Shown piece after piece: positions 55,119 through 64,000 of a DNA stretch of 64,000 nt; within the stretch, counting starts at the first letter, position 1; each line of letters opens with the position of its first letter. The stretch is from Bacteroidota bacterium (GTDB taxonomy: Bacteria > Bacteroidota > Ignavibacteria > Ignavibacteriales > SURF-24). Under the pieces are notes generated by a model that was not told the origin of the DNA, did no database searches, and saw only the letters and a program-made list of their open reading frames with translations. The stretch is from the NCBI GenBank assembly GCA_050258935.1, contig JBLMZS010000013.1:141190-205189 (forward strand), in the 5' to 3' direction. The position numbers and the translations under genes were made by a program.

Positions 55119-55748
55119 CTAGAATGTGTATGTTAGTCCCAGCCTGATCCCGGCAGAGAATGAATTTGCGTCAGTATCCGTAAGCCGGAAATGCAGCTGT
55201 GCTGATGCATCATCCGCACTGATGTCGCCGGATATGTCATAGTTGAGAAGCAATGAAATATCAGCGTACAAATTTCTGCTGAGTGCGGTATTGCCGTCTG
55301 CCTTGAGTTCAAAACCTAATCCCGTGGCAGAATATCCGTTAGACGCAATAAATCCGGGCAGAGTTTCATCTATCGCAAAAAATCTGGGACCTGCTCCACC
55401 CCCGAACTTAAATCTGTAACCGATGCCCTCAATGATATAATAAGCCATAAGCGAGGGTTTGTGTGTTATCTGAGAATATTTGTACCCGCCTGCGACATCC
55501 TGCGAGTATATCGCATGGGCATATTCTATTGCAGTGACAAAATGCGGAGTGATCTTATATCCGGCTTCAGCGAAGAATACCGCGCCGGTATTGAAATCGT
55601 TCAGTTTTGCACCCGAAGGAGCATAGGAATTTATATGATCAATAACATTATTTCTGACATAATCTATCCCCATACCCGCTGATACATCCAGCTGTGCAAA
55701 GGCAGGAATCGTAGCAAATAGAAATATTATTATTACTTTCAGCTTCAT
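55119..55748 (-). CDS. Outer-membrane beta-barrel protein (hypothetical)
   Basis: Has a signal peptide and an alternating strand pattern. C-terminal …RLGLTYTF. Confidence 0.5.
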   Translation of the reverse strand: MKLKVIIIFLFATIPAFAQLDVSAGMGIDYVRNNVIDHINSYAPSGAKLNDFNTGAVFFAEAGYKITPHFVTAIEYAHAIYSQDVAGGYKYSQITHKPSLMAYYIIEGIGYRFKFGGGAGPRFFAIDETLPGFIASNGYSATGLGFELKADGNTALSRNLYADISLLLNYDISGDISADDASAQLHFRLTDTDANSFSAGIRLGLTYTF

Positions 55749-55839
55749 AGCCAGTAAATTATTGGAAGTATTTTATTTTTTTCAAAAAAGCCCGCTCTGC
55801 TGAGAGAGACGTAACTTTATTATCCGCCGGGAGAAAGCA

Positions 55840-56913
55840 TCACATCCCTTTTTCCATATTCGTTTCCAGAAAATCCACCAGATTTTCGCTCCTGCCCGTT
55901 CCTCTGGAGTACTTTTTATTGAGGTAAAAGAAAAAGAAAAGTGCGGCAGCAATGAATATCACGTAGGATATTATATGCGTAAGCACAGCGTATGCAACCG
56001 ATATCTCCTCTGACAAACCAAACAGGAGGACGAGTACAGAACGCGCTATCGTATGATATGAACCCGTTCCGCCCGGTGTAGGAATTACCACACCTATGGA
56101 ACTTATTGCCATCATGACCCAGCCCATCGCAAACGTAACGGTTGAGATCTTTTCTATTCCAAGAGTGAAAAAGCCGACATACGAGTTCACCGCGTACATT
56201 ACCATAATTGCAATTGTAAAAAGAAAAGTATATATATAATTTCTGGTACCCTTGAGAGAAGAGAACCCGTCAACCAGCATCTCGAACATATGCTGAAGTT
56301 TTTCCGAGACAGCAGGCGATATGCGTCCAGCAGTAAGTACAATGATCCTGTAGAACCGGTCTTTGAACCTTATTACCAGCAGCAGCAGTATAATGAACGC
56401 CGACAGGCCGAATGCAGCAAGATACAGTGTTATTCTGAGCCAGGGGAACTCTTTGTAGATGTTGCCGTCCCATATGAGTATGCCGATCAGCAGTGCTGCA
56501 GCAAATGCCATCATATCGATGACGCGTTCGACTATCACAGTACCGAACATTGCAGTGCGCGATAGTTTCTCCCATTTGCCCAGCAATACTGCACGCGATA
56601 TTTCTCCAAGGCGGGGAATGACGCAGTTGACTCCGTAACCTACCATCAGAGCACCGAACAGATTTGTCACCGAAACCCCGGGCTTAACCGATTTCAGCAT
56701 CACCTTCCACCGGATAGCGCGCAGGTAATGCGACACGAGGTTAGTAAAGCACAAAACAGCAATCCAGAAAAAGGATGCCCTTTTCAGGATTGCTGCCACG
56801 CCTTTAAATTCAACTCCATACAGCGCGTAAAACAGGAATACTGCGGCCAGCAGGAATGAAAAAACAATTACTGTAAGTTCTCTGACCCTGTTATATTTCT
56901 TATCTGAGGTCAA
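55840..56913 (-). CDS. UPF0104/lysyl-phosphatidylglycerol-synthase-TM-domain-like (flippase-like) membrane protein
   Basis: About 8 TM helices. Conserved-looking HYLRAIRWKVML near TM2. Confidence 0.5.
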   Translation of the reverse strand: MTSDKKYNRVRELTVIVFSFLLAAVFLFYALYGVEFKGVAAILKRASFFWIAVLCFTNLVSHYLRAIRWKVMLKSVKPGVSVTNLFGALMVGYGVNCVIPRLGEISRAVLLGKWEKLSRTAMFGTVIVERVIDMMAFAAALLIGILIWDGNIYKEFPWLRITLYLAAFGLSAFIILLLLVIRFKDRFYRIIVLTAGRISPAVSEKLQHMFEMLVDGFSSLKGTRNYIYTFLFTIAIMVMYAVNSYVGFFTLGIEKISTVTFAMGWVMMAISSIGVVIPTPGGTGSYHTIARSVLVLLFGLSEEISVAYAVLTHIISYVIFIAAALFFFFYLNKKYSRGTGRSENLVDFLETNMEKGM

Positions 56914-57529
56914 TTACTTTTATACCCTCCGGCGCCTGGAAAGAGAACCTGTTTGAATTCAGGTTCTTGTTGATCTGAATGTCCGAAAGCTCAAAACCGT
57001 ACCTGCCTCCCTGAGCATCCACTAATTCAACTTTCTTTACAAAATTGGCCGCTGAGAACCAGATTTTGGCTGTCCTGAAGCTGCGGTCGTTTTTTGATGC
57101 AAATGAAAGCACTGAATATTCTGAGCCGTCAATTTTTTCCGTGCCCATACTTTTGACCGTGCTTCTCTTGGGATAATTGACAATAATATTCTCGAGAGAA
57201 AACGGCGAGTTTTCGCCGGTCACATTATTGATAACAACTTTTTTATCTTTTTTATTGTAGTTCCATACGCTCTCTCCGTTGGAAACAATAGTCATGTTTT
57301 TCAATTCTATACGGTATTTATTGCCTTTCTGGTAATATATTTTTCCGTCAGATATCTTTGAAGAATTGCCCAACTGAGTAAAGTCAGCTGACAGGTCATT
57401 TATCTTATAAAAATGATCCTGCAGGTTCTTCAGTAATTTATCGGCTGGCTGGGCAAAGACAGAAGCCGAAGCTAAAAACAGCACGAGCAAAAATGCCAGT
57501 CTTTTCATTGTATAACTCCATTCTTTCAC
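56900..57529 (-). CDS. lolA: Outer-membrane lipoprotein carrier protein LolA-like
   Basis: Signal peptide (likely start MKRLAFLLVLF, nt 57508). LSADFTQ…GKIYYQKGNKYRIEL pattern. Overlaps the next gene by 14 nt. Confidence 0.6.
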   Translation of the reverse strand: MKEWSYTMKRLAFLLVLFLASASVFAQPADKLLKNLQDHFYKINDLSADFTQLGNSSKISDGKIYYQKGNKYRIELKNMTIVSNGESVWNYNKKDKKVVINNVTGENSPFSLENIIVNYPKRSTVKSMGTEKIDGSEYSVLSFASKNDRSFRTAKIWFSAANFVKKVELVDAQGGRYGFELSDIQINKNLNSNRFSFQAPEGIKVIDLR

Positions 57530-57616
57530 ATTAGTTTCTATAGTTTATGCACATACAAATAAATATAGCGCTAAACATATCTTTTACAACCGGTGTGCAA
57601 AAAAGTTCTCCAGAAG

Positions 57617-60208
57617 CTAGAGTGCTCTGAGAATTGTCTCGAGCTGCTCTTCGTCCTCTACGAGTACGGCGCGTACTTTGCTGCCGTCGGCAGAGCCCAC
57701 TATACCGGCCTCCTCGAGCTGATCGACGATCCTTGCGGCTCTGGAGTATCCCAGTTTGAGTCTCCTCTGGAGCAGAGAAACCGACCCCTGCTGATGCCTT
57801 ACGATAACGCGTGCAGCATCCTCGAACATCGCATCCTTATCTGCCAGGAATTCTCCCCCTGCTTCCTTTTTCTTGTCGTAGAGCGACGGCAGGAAGTAAC
57901 GTTTTGAGTAGCCTTTCTGTGAATATATAAAATCCGTAACCGCTTCCACCTCATCGGTCGAAATAAAAGCGTTCTGAATTCTTATCGGTTTCGGAGTGCC
58001 GCTCGGAAGAAACAGCATATCACCGCGTCCCAGCAGCTGTTCAGCTCCGTTCATATCCAGAATCGTGCGCGAGTCTATTTTCGTTGCCACCTGATAGGCT
58101 ACACGCGCACTGAAATTGGCCTTGATAACACCGGTGATCACGTTGACCGAAGGGCGCTGTGTGGCAAGCACGAGGTGAATTCCGACTGCACGGGCAAGCT
58201 GTGCAAGGCGTGCTATCGGTTCTTCCACTTCCTTGGAGGCAGTGATCATAAGATCTGCAAGTTCATCAATTATGACCACGATATACGGCATCTTGTAGTG
58301 CTGCATATCATCGGTATCTTTCGGCTTCTTTTTCGGATCAGCTACCTTAATGTTGTAATCAACAATATTCCTTACGCCGGCTTTTGCCAGCTTGTTGTAC
58401 CGTTTCTCCATTTCATACTCAACCGATTTCAGCACCAGCACCGCGTTCTGCGGGTTTGTAATGATTTCTTCTTCCAGATCGGGTGAGACGGCAAGAAAAT
58501 GTTTATTGAGTTTTCTGTAGAATGAAAGTTCTATTTTCTTCGGATCTATAATCACGAACTTCACATCCGAAGGATGCTTGGCGTACAGTATGCTGGAGAT
58601 GATCATATTGATGCCGACGCTCTTTCCCGAACCGGTTGAGCCGGCGATGAGCATATGGGGCATTTTTGCCAGATCGGTCACATATATTTCCCCTGATATA
58701 GTTTTGCCAAGTGCCAGAGGCAGCTCGGCTTTCTCCTCCGAGATCTTTGCAAGCACTGAACGGGCGTGTATCATTGCAGCCTCGGCATTCGGGATCTCCA
58801 CACCAATTGCACTCTTGCCAGGAATAGGAGCAATAATACGGATACCTCTGGCAGCAAGTGCAAGTGCAATATCGTGTTCAAGACTTACGATTCTGCTGAT
58901 CTTTACGCCGGGCGAAGGAACTATTTCATAGAGAGTAACGACGGGTCCGGGTGTAACAGCTATATCCTCTATTTTTATGTCGAAAAGCGCCAGCTTTTCC
59001 TTCAGCAATTCCGCATTGCGCTTGAGTTCTTCTTCAGCAACAGTGAAGTTCTCCTCCGGAGCAGGCTGAAGCAGCGTAAGCGGAGGCTGGTTGTATTCGA
59101 TCTCTTCGTTCCACTGTTCAGGATACAGATTTTCAGCAGCCTTGTCAATTACCGGTATGTCAAATTCATCGCGTATTTCAGGCTTTTTATCTGCCGTCTC
59201 TGACATACCTGTTTCAGGCTGTGCACCGTCTGCTGCAGGACTATCCATACTGTCATCAGCAGTCGCTTTATTCTTAAGAGACTTGAGAGAAAATGTTTTG
59301 GGTTTTGCCGGATTGTTTTTTCCGCCTGCAGTTTCCATCGCAGGCGCTTCATCCTTGCGGACTATACGGATAGTGGTTTCATCAGTATCTTCAGTCTCCG
59401 CTGCAGCCTCGGTTTCTGCAGGTGTTACTCGGAGTTTCTTACTCCTTTCTTCCTTGAGCTCCTTAACTTTGCTAAGGTTGTCGGATACAGTTTTTGCTTT
59501 TTCCTTCTGTTTGTTCTCATCAGCTATTCTGCTGTTTTCGCGCATCTCTTCAAACCATTCGACCAGACGCTGAAATATATTGTTCAGCAGCGACACAACT
59601 TTGCCAAGTTTTATATCAAAGGCAATGATGAGAACAGCCAGCACGAGTGTAGTAAGGAAAAACAGGCTGCCGAGTCCGCCGAAAAGTCTTCCCAGTGCCA
59701 TACCTATGGCATTGCCGGCGTTGCCCGACAGTTCGTTAATATCGCTTAATATCTGGAGTTTGAATCTTAACACTCCGAAGAATGAAGCTACCAGGACACC
59801 GATGGCGAGCAGGAAATTGGATACGTCTAGTGCGAGTTTATACTTTTCCTGGCGAATAATTACATATCCCCAGAGGAACAGCATAACGGGGAAAATAATG
59901 GATGAATATCCGAGGGTTTTGTTTATGAAGAAACCTGAGACATAGGCTCCAAATACACCCAGCCAGTTATTTGTGCTCTCCACCTTATGGACAAACGCAG
60001 GGTCGGAAGAAAATACACGGAACAGATCAGAAAACTGGTATGTCAGATTTGCTTCATCGGTTCTGGAATAGGATATGATGCTGAGGAAAAGAAACCCGGA
60101 GAACAGCAGCATGAACAGTCCCAGCAATTTTTTTTTCTTCTCGATCGATATATCAAACAGCTTTCCGTATGTATTTGTGGTTTTTGTTTTCTTTTTAGAC
60201 GTTCTCAT
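57617..60208 (-). CDS. ftsK: DNA translocase FtsK
   Basis: N-terminal TM helices, an acidic/Pro linker, Walker A LIAGSTGSGKSVGIN, VVIIDELADLM, and a C-terminal gamma winged helix (LLQRRLKLGYSRAARIVDQLE). Confidence 0.9.
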   Translation of the reverse strand: MRTSKKKTKTTNTYGKLFDISIEKKKKLLGLFMLLFSGFLFLSIISYSRTDEANLTYQFSDLFRVFSSDPAFVHKVESTNNWLGVFGAYVSGFFINKTLGYSSIIFPVMLFLWGYVIIRQEKYKLALDVSNFLLAIGVLVASFFGVLRFKLQILSDINELSGNAGNAIGMALGRLFGGLGSLFFLTTLVLAVLIIAFDIKLGKVVSLLNNIFQRLVEWFEEMRENSRIADENKQKEKAKTVSDNLSKVKELKEERSKKLRVTPAETEAAAETEDTDETTIRIVRKDEAPAMETAGGKNNPAKPKTFSLKSLKNKATADDSMDSPAADGAQPETGMSETADKKPEIRDEFDIPVIDKAAENLYPEQWNEEIEYNQPPLTLLQPAPEENFTVAEEELKRNAELLKEKLALFDIKIEDIAVTPGPVVTLYEIVPSPGVKISRIVSLEHDIALALAARGIRIIAPIPGKSAIGVEIPNAEAAMIHARSVLAKISEEKAELPLALGKTISGEIYVTDLAKMPHMLIAGSTGSGKSVGINMIISSILYAKHPSDVKFVIIDPKKIELSFYRKLNKHFLAVSPDLEEEIITNPQNAVLVLKSVEYEMEKRYNKLAKAGVRNIVDYNIKVADPKKKPKDTDDMQHYKMPYIVVIIDELADLMITASKEVEEPIARLAQLARAVGIHLVLATQRPSVNVITGVIKANFSARVAYQVATKIDSRTILDMNGAEQLLGRGDMLFLPSGTPKPIRIQNAFISTDEVEAVTDFIYSQKGYSKRYFLPSLYDKKKEAGGEFLADKDAMFEDAARVIVRHQQGSVSLLQRRLKLGYSRAARIVDQLEEAGIVGSADGSKVRAVLVEDEEQLETILRAL

Positions 60209-60276
60209 CCAGACTGAATTTTACTTTATATCTTACAGAATTATTTTACTTAGATCGGTGAACCGAAAAATACCGG

Positions 60277-61029
60277 CTATTTTTCTTCCTGAAGCTGGGC
60301 TTCCTGTGGATGAATAGCCTTTATGATGCCATTGGCAAAATACGGAAGTATTTCGGTCGTATTGATTTTGGAGCAATAACTGATATCTGCATCAAACCCG
60401 TTTTCAGACAGTGTCCTGCCGTGCTCGCATTCAAGAAGCATACGGTTGATGTTCTTGCCGAATGACTTGGCCAGTATTACGCTTGCTTTTGCAGCGTCTG
60501 ACAGCTCGGCAGATTCGTTCAGTTTCTGCACCTCTGCGACTACCTTGCCGGCACAGACAGAATCTTCAATACAGAATGCACCCTGTACACCTGCACACAA
60601 TACGACAACATCCTTATCGAGTGCGACTATCTGCCTGGCAACAGCGTGAATATTGGCGAAAGCACATATATAGAGATTTTCAGAAAACTTTGCCTTTACG
60701 ACGGCCTTGGAACCATTTGTAGTAAACAGTATCAGCGATTTACCGCTGACAGTCTCGCGTGTATATTCCAGGGGCGAATTACCGAGGTGAAAGCCCTCGA
60801 TCTTTTTTGTATTGCGCTCACCGCCCAGCAGTGTCTGACCACCGAAAGCATTCCCGGAAACCTTCATGGCAAATTCGACTGAATTCACCGGTATCACCTC
60901 GCGCGCACCGTTATTCAGTGCAGTTATAATAGTAGATGAAGCCCTCAGTACGTCGATTACCACGGTCGTCTTAGAAGTAAAAAACAATTCATCGGTTGTA
61001 AGAGGAGAAAAAAGTACGTTAATTTTCAT
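60277..61029 (-). CDS. comB: 2-phosphosulfolactate phosphatase family protein (ComB-like)
   Basis: N-terminal …VVIDVLRASSTIITALNNGAREVIP and 250 aa; family recognised from memory. Confidence 0.55.
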   Translation of the reverse strand: MKINVLFSPLTTDELFFTSKTTVVIDVLRASSTIITALNNGAREVIPVNSVEFAMKVSGNAFGGQTLLGGERNTKKIEGFHLGNSPLEYTRETVSGKSLILFTTNGSKAVVKAKFSENLYICAFANIHAVARQIVALDKDVVVLCAGVQGAFCIEDSVCAGKVVAEVQKLNESAELSDAAKASVILAKSFGKNINRMLLECEHGRTLSENGFDADISYCSKINTTEILPYFANGIIKAIHPQEAQLQEEK

Positions 61030-61116
61030 AATAATCTAGTTGTTAATAAGTCGTTAAATTCCATATAATCTTTAATTATCTTCCCATCAGATGTCAAAAC
61101 AAGTTTAATGCCTGAA

Positions 61117-62211
61117 CTACTTTAATGCATTATTTTCCACAAACGGCAGTTTTACCACCGTCGCAGGAATTTCTTTTCCTCTTATCAGGAAATTCACAGA
61201 TGTACCGGCTGCTGCGAATTCAGTATCCACATATCCCATTGCTATGGGTTTATCGAGTACAGGACTAACGGTTCCGCTGGTAATCACACCGATCTTTTTT
61301 CCGCCGGCAGTAATGTCGTAACCGTGGCGCGGAAACGCCTTTTCTTCCGAGGTAATAGCTACCAGTTTTCTTTTCAGTCCATCACTTTTTGCTTTCAGCA
61401 GGCTGTCCTTACCGATAAAATTCTCTTTATTCAGTTTTGTAATCCAGCCCAGTGAAGCTTCCAGAGGATTTGTAGTCTGATCGATATCATTCCCGTAGAG
61501 GCAGAAGCCCATTTCAAGTCTCAAAGAATCACGTGCACCGAGTCCTACAGGTTTTATTCCGAATTCTTTTCCGGCCTCAAATACTTTATTCCAGACAACG
61601 GCTGCTGCAGATTCATCAGCCTTGAAATACAGTTCAAAACCCAGTTCTCCCGTATAGCCGGTTCTGGATATGAGCATATCTATACCGGCACATCTGGTCA
61701 TAACGAAATGGTAATATTCCATGGTAAGCGGATCATCGCAGATCTTCCTGAGTACTTCTGCTGAAGCAGGACCCTGCACTGCCAGAAGCGTATAGTCGTC
61801 GCTCAGGTCGGTCAGTTCGGCACCGAAAGGATTATTCTGTTTCATCCAGTCGTAGTCCTTATCCTTGTTTGAGGCATTGACCACCAGCATAAATTCTTCC
61901 TGACTTATCCTATAGACCAGAAGATCGTCCACTATGCCGCCGTCATTATAGCACATAGCCGAATACTGAACTCTGCCGTCAGTAAGTTTAGACGCATCGT
62001 TTACCGTAATGTGCTGAACGAAATCCAGCGCCCTGGGGCCCCTGACAAATATTTCACCCATGTGTGAAACGTCAAATACTCCCACACCTGCACGCACAGC
62101 CTTATGTTCAAGAATTATGGAATCGTACTGAACCGGCATCATATAACCCGCAAAATCGATCAGTTTTGCGCCCAGTGATTTGTGTAATTCGTAAAGCGAT
62201 GTCTTTTTCAT
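61117..62211 (-). CDS. gcvT: Glycine cleavage system aminomethyltransferase T
   Basis: MKKTSLYELHKSLGAKLIDFAGYMMPVQY…, DVSHMGE, RTGYTGELGFE. Confidence 0.9.
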   Translation of the reverse strand: MKKTSLYELHKSLGAKLIDFAGYMMPVQYDSIILEHKAVRAGVGVFDVSHMGEIFVRGPRALDFVQHITVNDASKLTDGRVQYSAMCYNDGGIVDDLLVYRISQEEFMLVVNASNKDKDYDWMKQNNPFGAELTDLSDDYTLLAVQGPASAEVLRKICDDPLTMEYYHFVMTRCAGIDMLISRTGYTGELGFELYFKADESAAAVVWNKVFEAGKEFGIKPVGLGARDSLRLEMGFCLYGNDIDQTTNPLEASLGWITKLNKENFIGKDSLLKAKSDGLKRKLVAITSEEKAFPRHGYDITAGGKKIGVITSGTVSPVLDKPIAMGYVDTEFAAAGTSVNFLIRGKEIPATVVKLPFVENNALK

Positions 62212-62400
62212 ATCAGTTTTTGTTTATTTAAAAATTTCTTGAGTTTCCAGGTATCATATGAATCAAACGCATTCCTGCCTTGAAAGGCTGGCGGTGTACA
62301 GCACGATTATATCATGCAGCTAAAGCATATGCTCAACAGTATGCACAATGAATAACCTGTTCTGCAAGTGCATCATTCTGCGGAACCTGTTTTATATCAT

Positions 62401-63045
62401 CTATTTATCGAGCTTTTTCCAGTCCTTCAGAAAAGCTTCGAGTCCGCTGTCTGTAAGCGGATGCTTGAATAATTTTTCTATTACATTAAATGGCATTGTA
62501 GCAACGTCGGCACCCATGAGAGCAGCGTCGCGCAGATGCAGGGGGTGACGGATACTGGCAACCAGCACCTGTGTGGCAAATCCGTAGTTCTCGTATATTT
62601 GAACGATCTGTCCGATCAACTCCATACCGTCGTGGCTGATGTCATCGAGGCGGCCGACGAACGGACTGATGTAAGTAGCTCCTGCTTTAGCAGCCAGGAG
62701 CGCCTGAGCAGGTGAAAAGCAAAGAGTGACGTTTGTCTTAATATTTTTTTCGCTGAGTGATTTAACGGCTTTCAGGCCTTCCTTTATCAGCGGTATCTTC
62801 ACAACAATATTCTTATGAATGGCCGCATATTCTTCGGCTTCGTTCATTATTCCGTCGTAGTCGGTGGCAATAACCTCTGCACTTACTGGTCCATCCACTA
62901 TCTGCAGTATTTCGTCCAGCAGGCTGCGGAAGTTCCTGCCTTCGCGCGCAACGAGTGAAGGATTGGTTGTAACGCCGTCCAGAATACCCAGAGCCGCTGC
63001 TTCCCTGATTTCTTCAATATTAGCCGTATCTATAAAAAATTTCAT
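62401..63045 (-). CDS. tal: Short-type transaldolase/fructose-6-phosphate aldolase
   Basis: [31 protein letters not shown]… and VVKIP (Schiff-base Lys context). 214 aa. Confidence 0.85.
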   Translation of the reverse strand: MKFFIDTANIEEIREAAALGILDGVTTNPSLVAREGRNFRSLLDEILQIVDGPVSAEVIATDYDGIMNEAEEYAAIHKNIVVKIPLIKEGLKAVKSLSEKNIKTNVTLCFSPAQALLAAKAGATYISPFVGRLDDISHDGMELIGQIVQIYENYGFATQVLVASIRHPLHLRDAALMGADVATMPFNVIEKLFKHPLTDSGLEAFLKDWKKLDK

Positions 63046-63162
63046 CTAAAAATATCTCCGATATATTTGTCGTAAATTTAAAATTATCACCAGTGAAATT
63101 ACGAAAATATTTATACAGTGGAAAGTGGAATAAAAGAATTTCAGAGACAGCGGTGTACACCT

Positions 63163-63196
63163 CTAAAAACAAACGGCGCTCATAAGGAGCGCCGTT
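63163..63196 (-). terminator. Rho-independent terminator after the RNase G gene
   Basis: 10-bp stem AACGGCGCTC / GAGCGCCGTT with a 5-nt loop. On the minus strand it is followed by TGTTTTTAG. Confidence 0.75.
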
Positions 63197-63211
63197 CAGC
63201 AAATTCATTTT

Positions 63212-64000
63212 TCATACTACAATTTCACCGGTCAGGTCTTTCTGTGTTTTTGCCGAGTGAAACATAAATGTCGTGGGTTTTACGTTCTCATCCTCTATCA
63301 ATTTTATGCGAATAAGATATTTGAACTGCAGCCGGGTAATTGCCCTGATGTTGCCCTCTTTGAGTTTTTCACCCAGGGAGGGATGCACATACAGTACGAG
63401 AAATCTCTCTTTGGAATGCCGTTTAAATCGTTTTATCCATTCCTCTATTTCGTGCAGCAGGTTAGAACGTTTTGTCAGCAGTCCGGTTCCAAGACAGAAC
63501 GGGCATACTTCGTTCATTGTATGCAGTATATTTTCACGTATTCGCTGTCTGGTAATCTGGATTATGCCGAAATCGGTCATGGGCAGCACCGATACTTTTG
63601 CTCTGTCCTTGCGGAACTCCTTCTTGAGTTCGTCGTATATCTTCTTACGGTTCTTATCGTCTTCCAGGTCGATAAAGTCGCAGACTATAAGTCCGCCTAT
63701 ATCTCTCAGTCGCAGCTGGCGTGCTACTTCACGAGCCGCTTCGAGGTCAGTTTTGAGTGAATTGAGTTCCTGTTCTTTTTTGGCCGCATACCTTCCGCTA
63801 TTGACGTCTACGACGACCATAGCCTCGGTATGTTCAATTATCAGATATCCGCCGCTGGGCAGGGGTACCCTGCGTCCCATAAGCGTCTTTATCTGTTCTT
63901 CGATCTTGAATGCTTCAAAAACCGAAGTATCTTCCTTAAACAGTTCAATCTTATCTATGAGTGCAGGCTGGACCAGATGCACATAGCTCTTGATCTGCTT
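63212..64000 (-). CDS. rng: Ribonuclease E/G family (RNase G-like), C-terminal part; the 5' end lies outside the window
   Basis: …VVVDVNSGRYAAKK…ARQLRLRDIGGLIVCDFIDL…MTDFGIIQITRQR. The reading frame stays open to the window edge. Confidence 0.8.
   Translation of the reverse strand, partial: KQIKSYVHLVQPALIDKIELFKEDTSVFEAFKIEEQIKTLMGRRVPLPSGGYLIIEHTEAMVVVDVNSGRYAAKKEQELNSLKTDLEAAREVARQLRLRDIGGLIVCDFIDLEDDKNRKKIYDELKKEFRKDRAKVSVLPMTDFGIIQITRQRIRENILHTMNEVCPFCLGTGLLTKRSNLLHEIEEWIKRFKRHSKERFLVLYVHPSLGEKLKEGNIRAITRLQFKYLIRIKLIEDENVKPTTFMFHSAKTQKDLTGEIVV

Noticed and set aside
62212-62400. Expected glycine riboswitch upstream of gcvT
   Set aside because: I read the minus strand of the 189-nt leader. 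The conserved GGAGAG … CACCGAAGGGGCAA … CTCAGGCA-type aptamer blocks are absent, and only short unrelated hairpins are present.
63273-63986. 237-codon ORF on the plus strand, fully antisense to the RNase G gene
   Set aside because: Ser/Leu/Arg-rich low-complexity translation typical of a shadow frame opposite a genuine gene. The minus-strand frame has unmistakable RNase E/G motifs.
1-64000. Mobile elements, prophage, defence islands, tRNA/rRNA genes
   Set aside because: I saw no integrase, transposase, recombinase, phage structural gene, restriction enzyme, Cas gene or reverse transcriptase among the ORF translations. No cloverleaf-like or rRNA-like sequence stood out in the intergenic regions. 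This absence is judged by eye only.

Overview
This is a gene-dense chromosomal window with about 50 supported CDS. I recognised no rRNA, tRNA, CRISPR array, transposase or integrase. The protein content suggests an FCB-group bacterium, Ignavibacteria/Bacteroidota-like (inference). That content includes T9SS C-terminal sorting domains of the NYPNPFNPST type, CarboxypepD_reg-type TonB receptors, a UpxY-type NusG paralogue and a PorV-like barrel. Layout by coordinate: (1) 1-2.6 kb holds the tail of a pckA-like gene, then an aspartate aminotransferase fused to an extra ~375-aa PEPCK/HprK-like P-loop domain. (2) 2.9-6.7 kb holds a secreted metalloprotease and a SurA-like PPIase. (3) 6.8-23.3 kb, all on the minus strand, is a beta-glucan (laminarin-type) utilisation locus with no SusD. 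It encodes a Na+/sugar symporter, a CBM/FN3/T9SS-tagged surface protein, a TonB receptor, an unknown 1058-aa protein, a PorV-like barrel, two GH3 enzymes and a GH16 enzyme. (4) 23.5-29.6 kb holds an orphan solute-binding protein, a histidine kinase and a sigma54-dependent response regulator, with a divergent GluP/FucP-type MFS sugar transporter. (5) 29.8-40.3 kb holds PAS kinases, an outer-membrane barrel, three unknown small genes and an HGSNAT-like acyltransferase. (6) 40.4-42.4 kb holds a UpxY-like antiterminator, a YhaM-like OB/HD exoribonuclease and rpsT. (7) 44.9-47.8 kb holds a PSD/PsiD-type pyruvoyl decarboxylase-like lipoprotein and a T9SS beta-propeller. (8) 47.9-52.4 kb holds a type III PKS, methyltransferase and flavoprotein operon behind a repeat-rich promoter, next to an ECF sigma pair. 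(9) 52.4-64 kb is housekeeping: holA, cyclophilin, uppP, lolA, ftsK, comB-like, gcvT, tal and rng. All functional calls rest on motifs read by eye from the translations; no searches were run. The candidates I rank highest for novelty are the TonB-receptor / 1058-aa / PorV-like cassette, the AspAT-PEPCK-like fusion, and the solute-binding-protein-dependent sigma54 glycan sensor with its repeat array.
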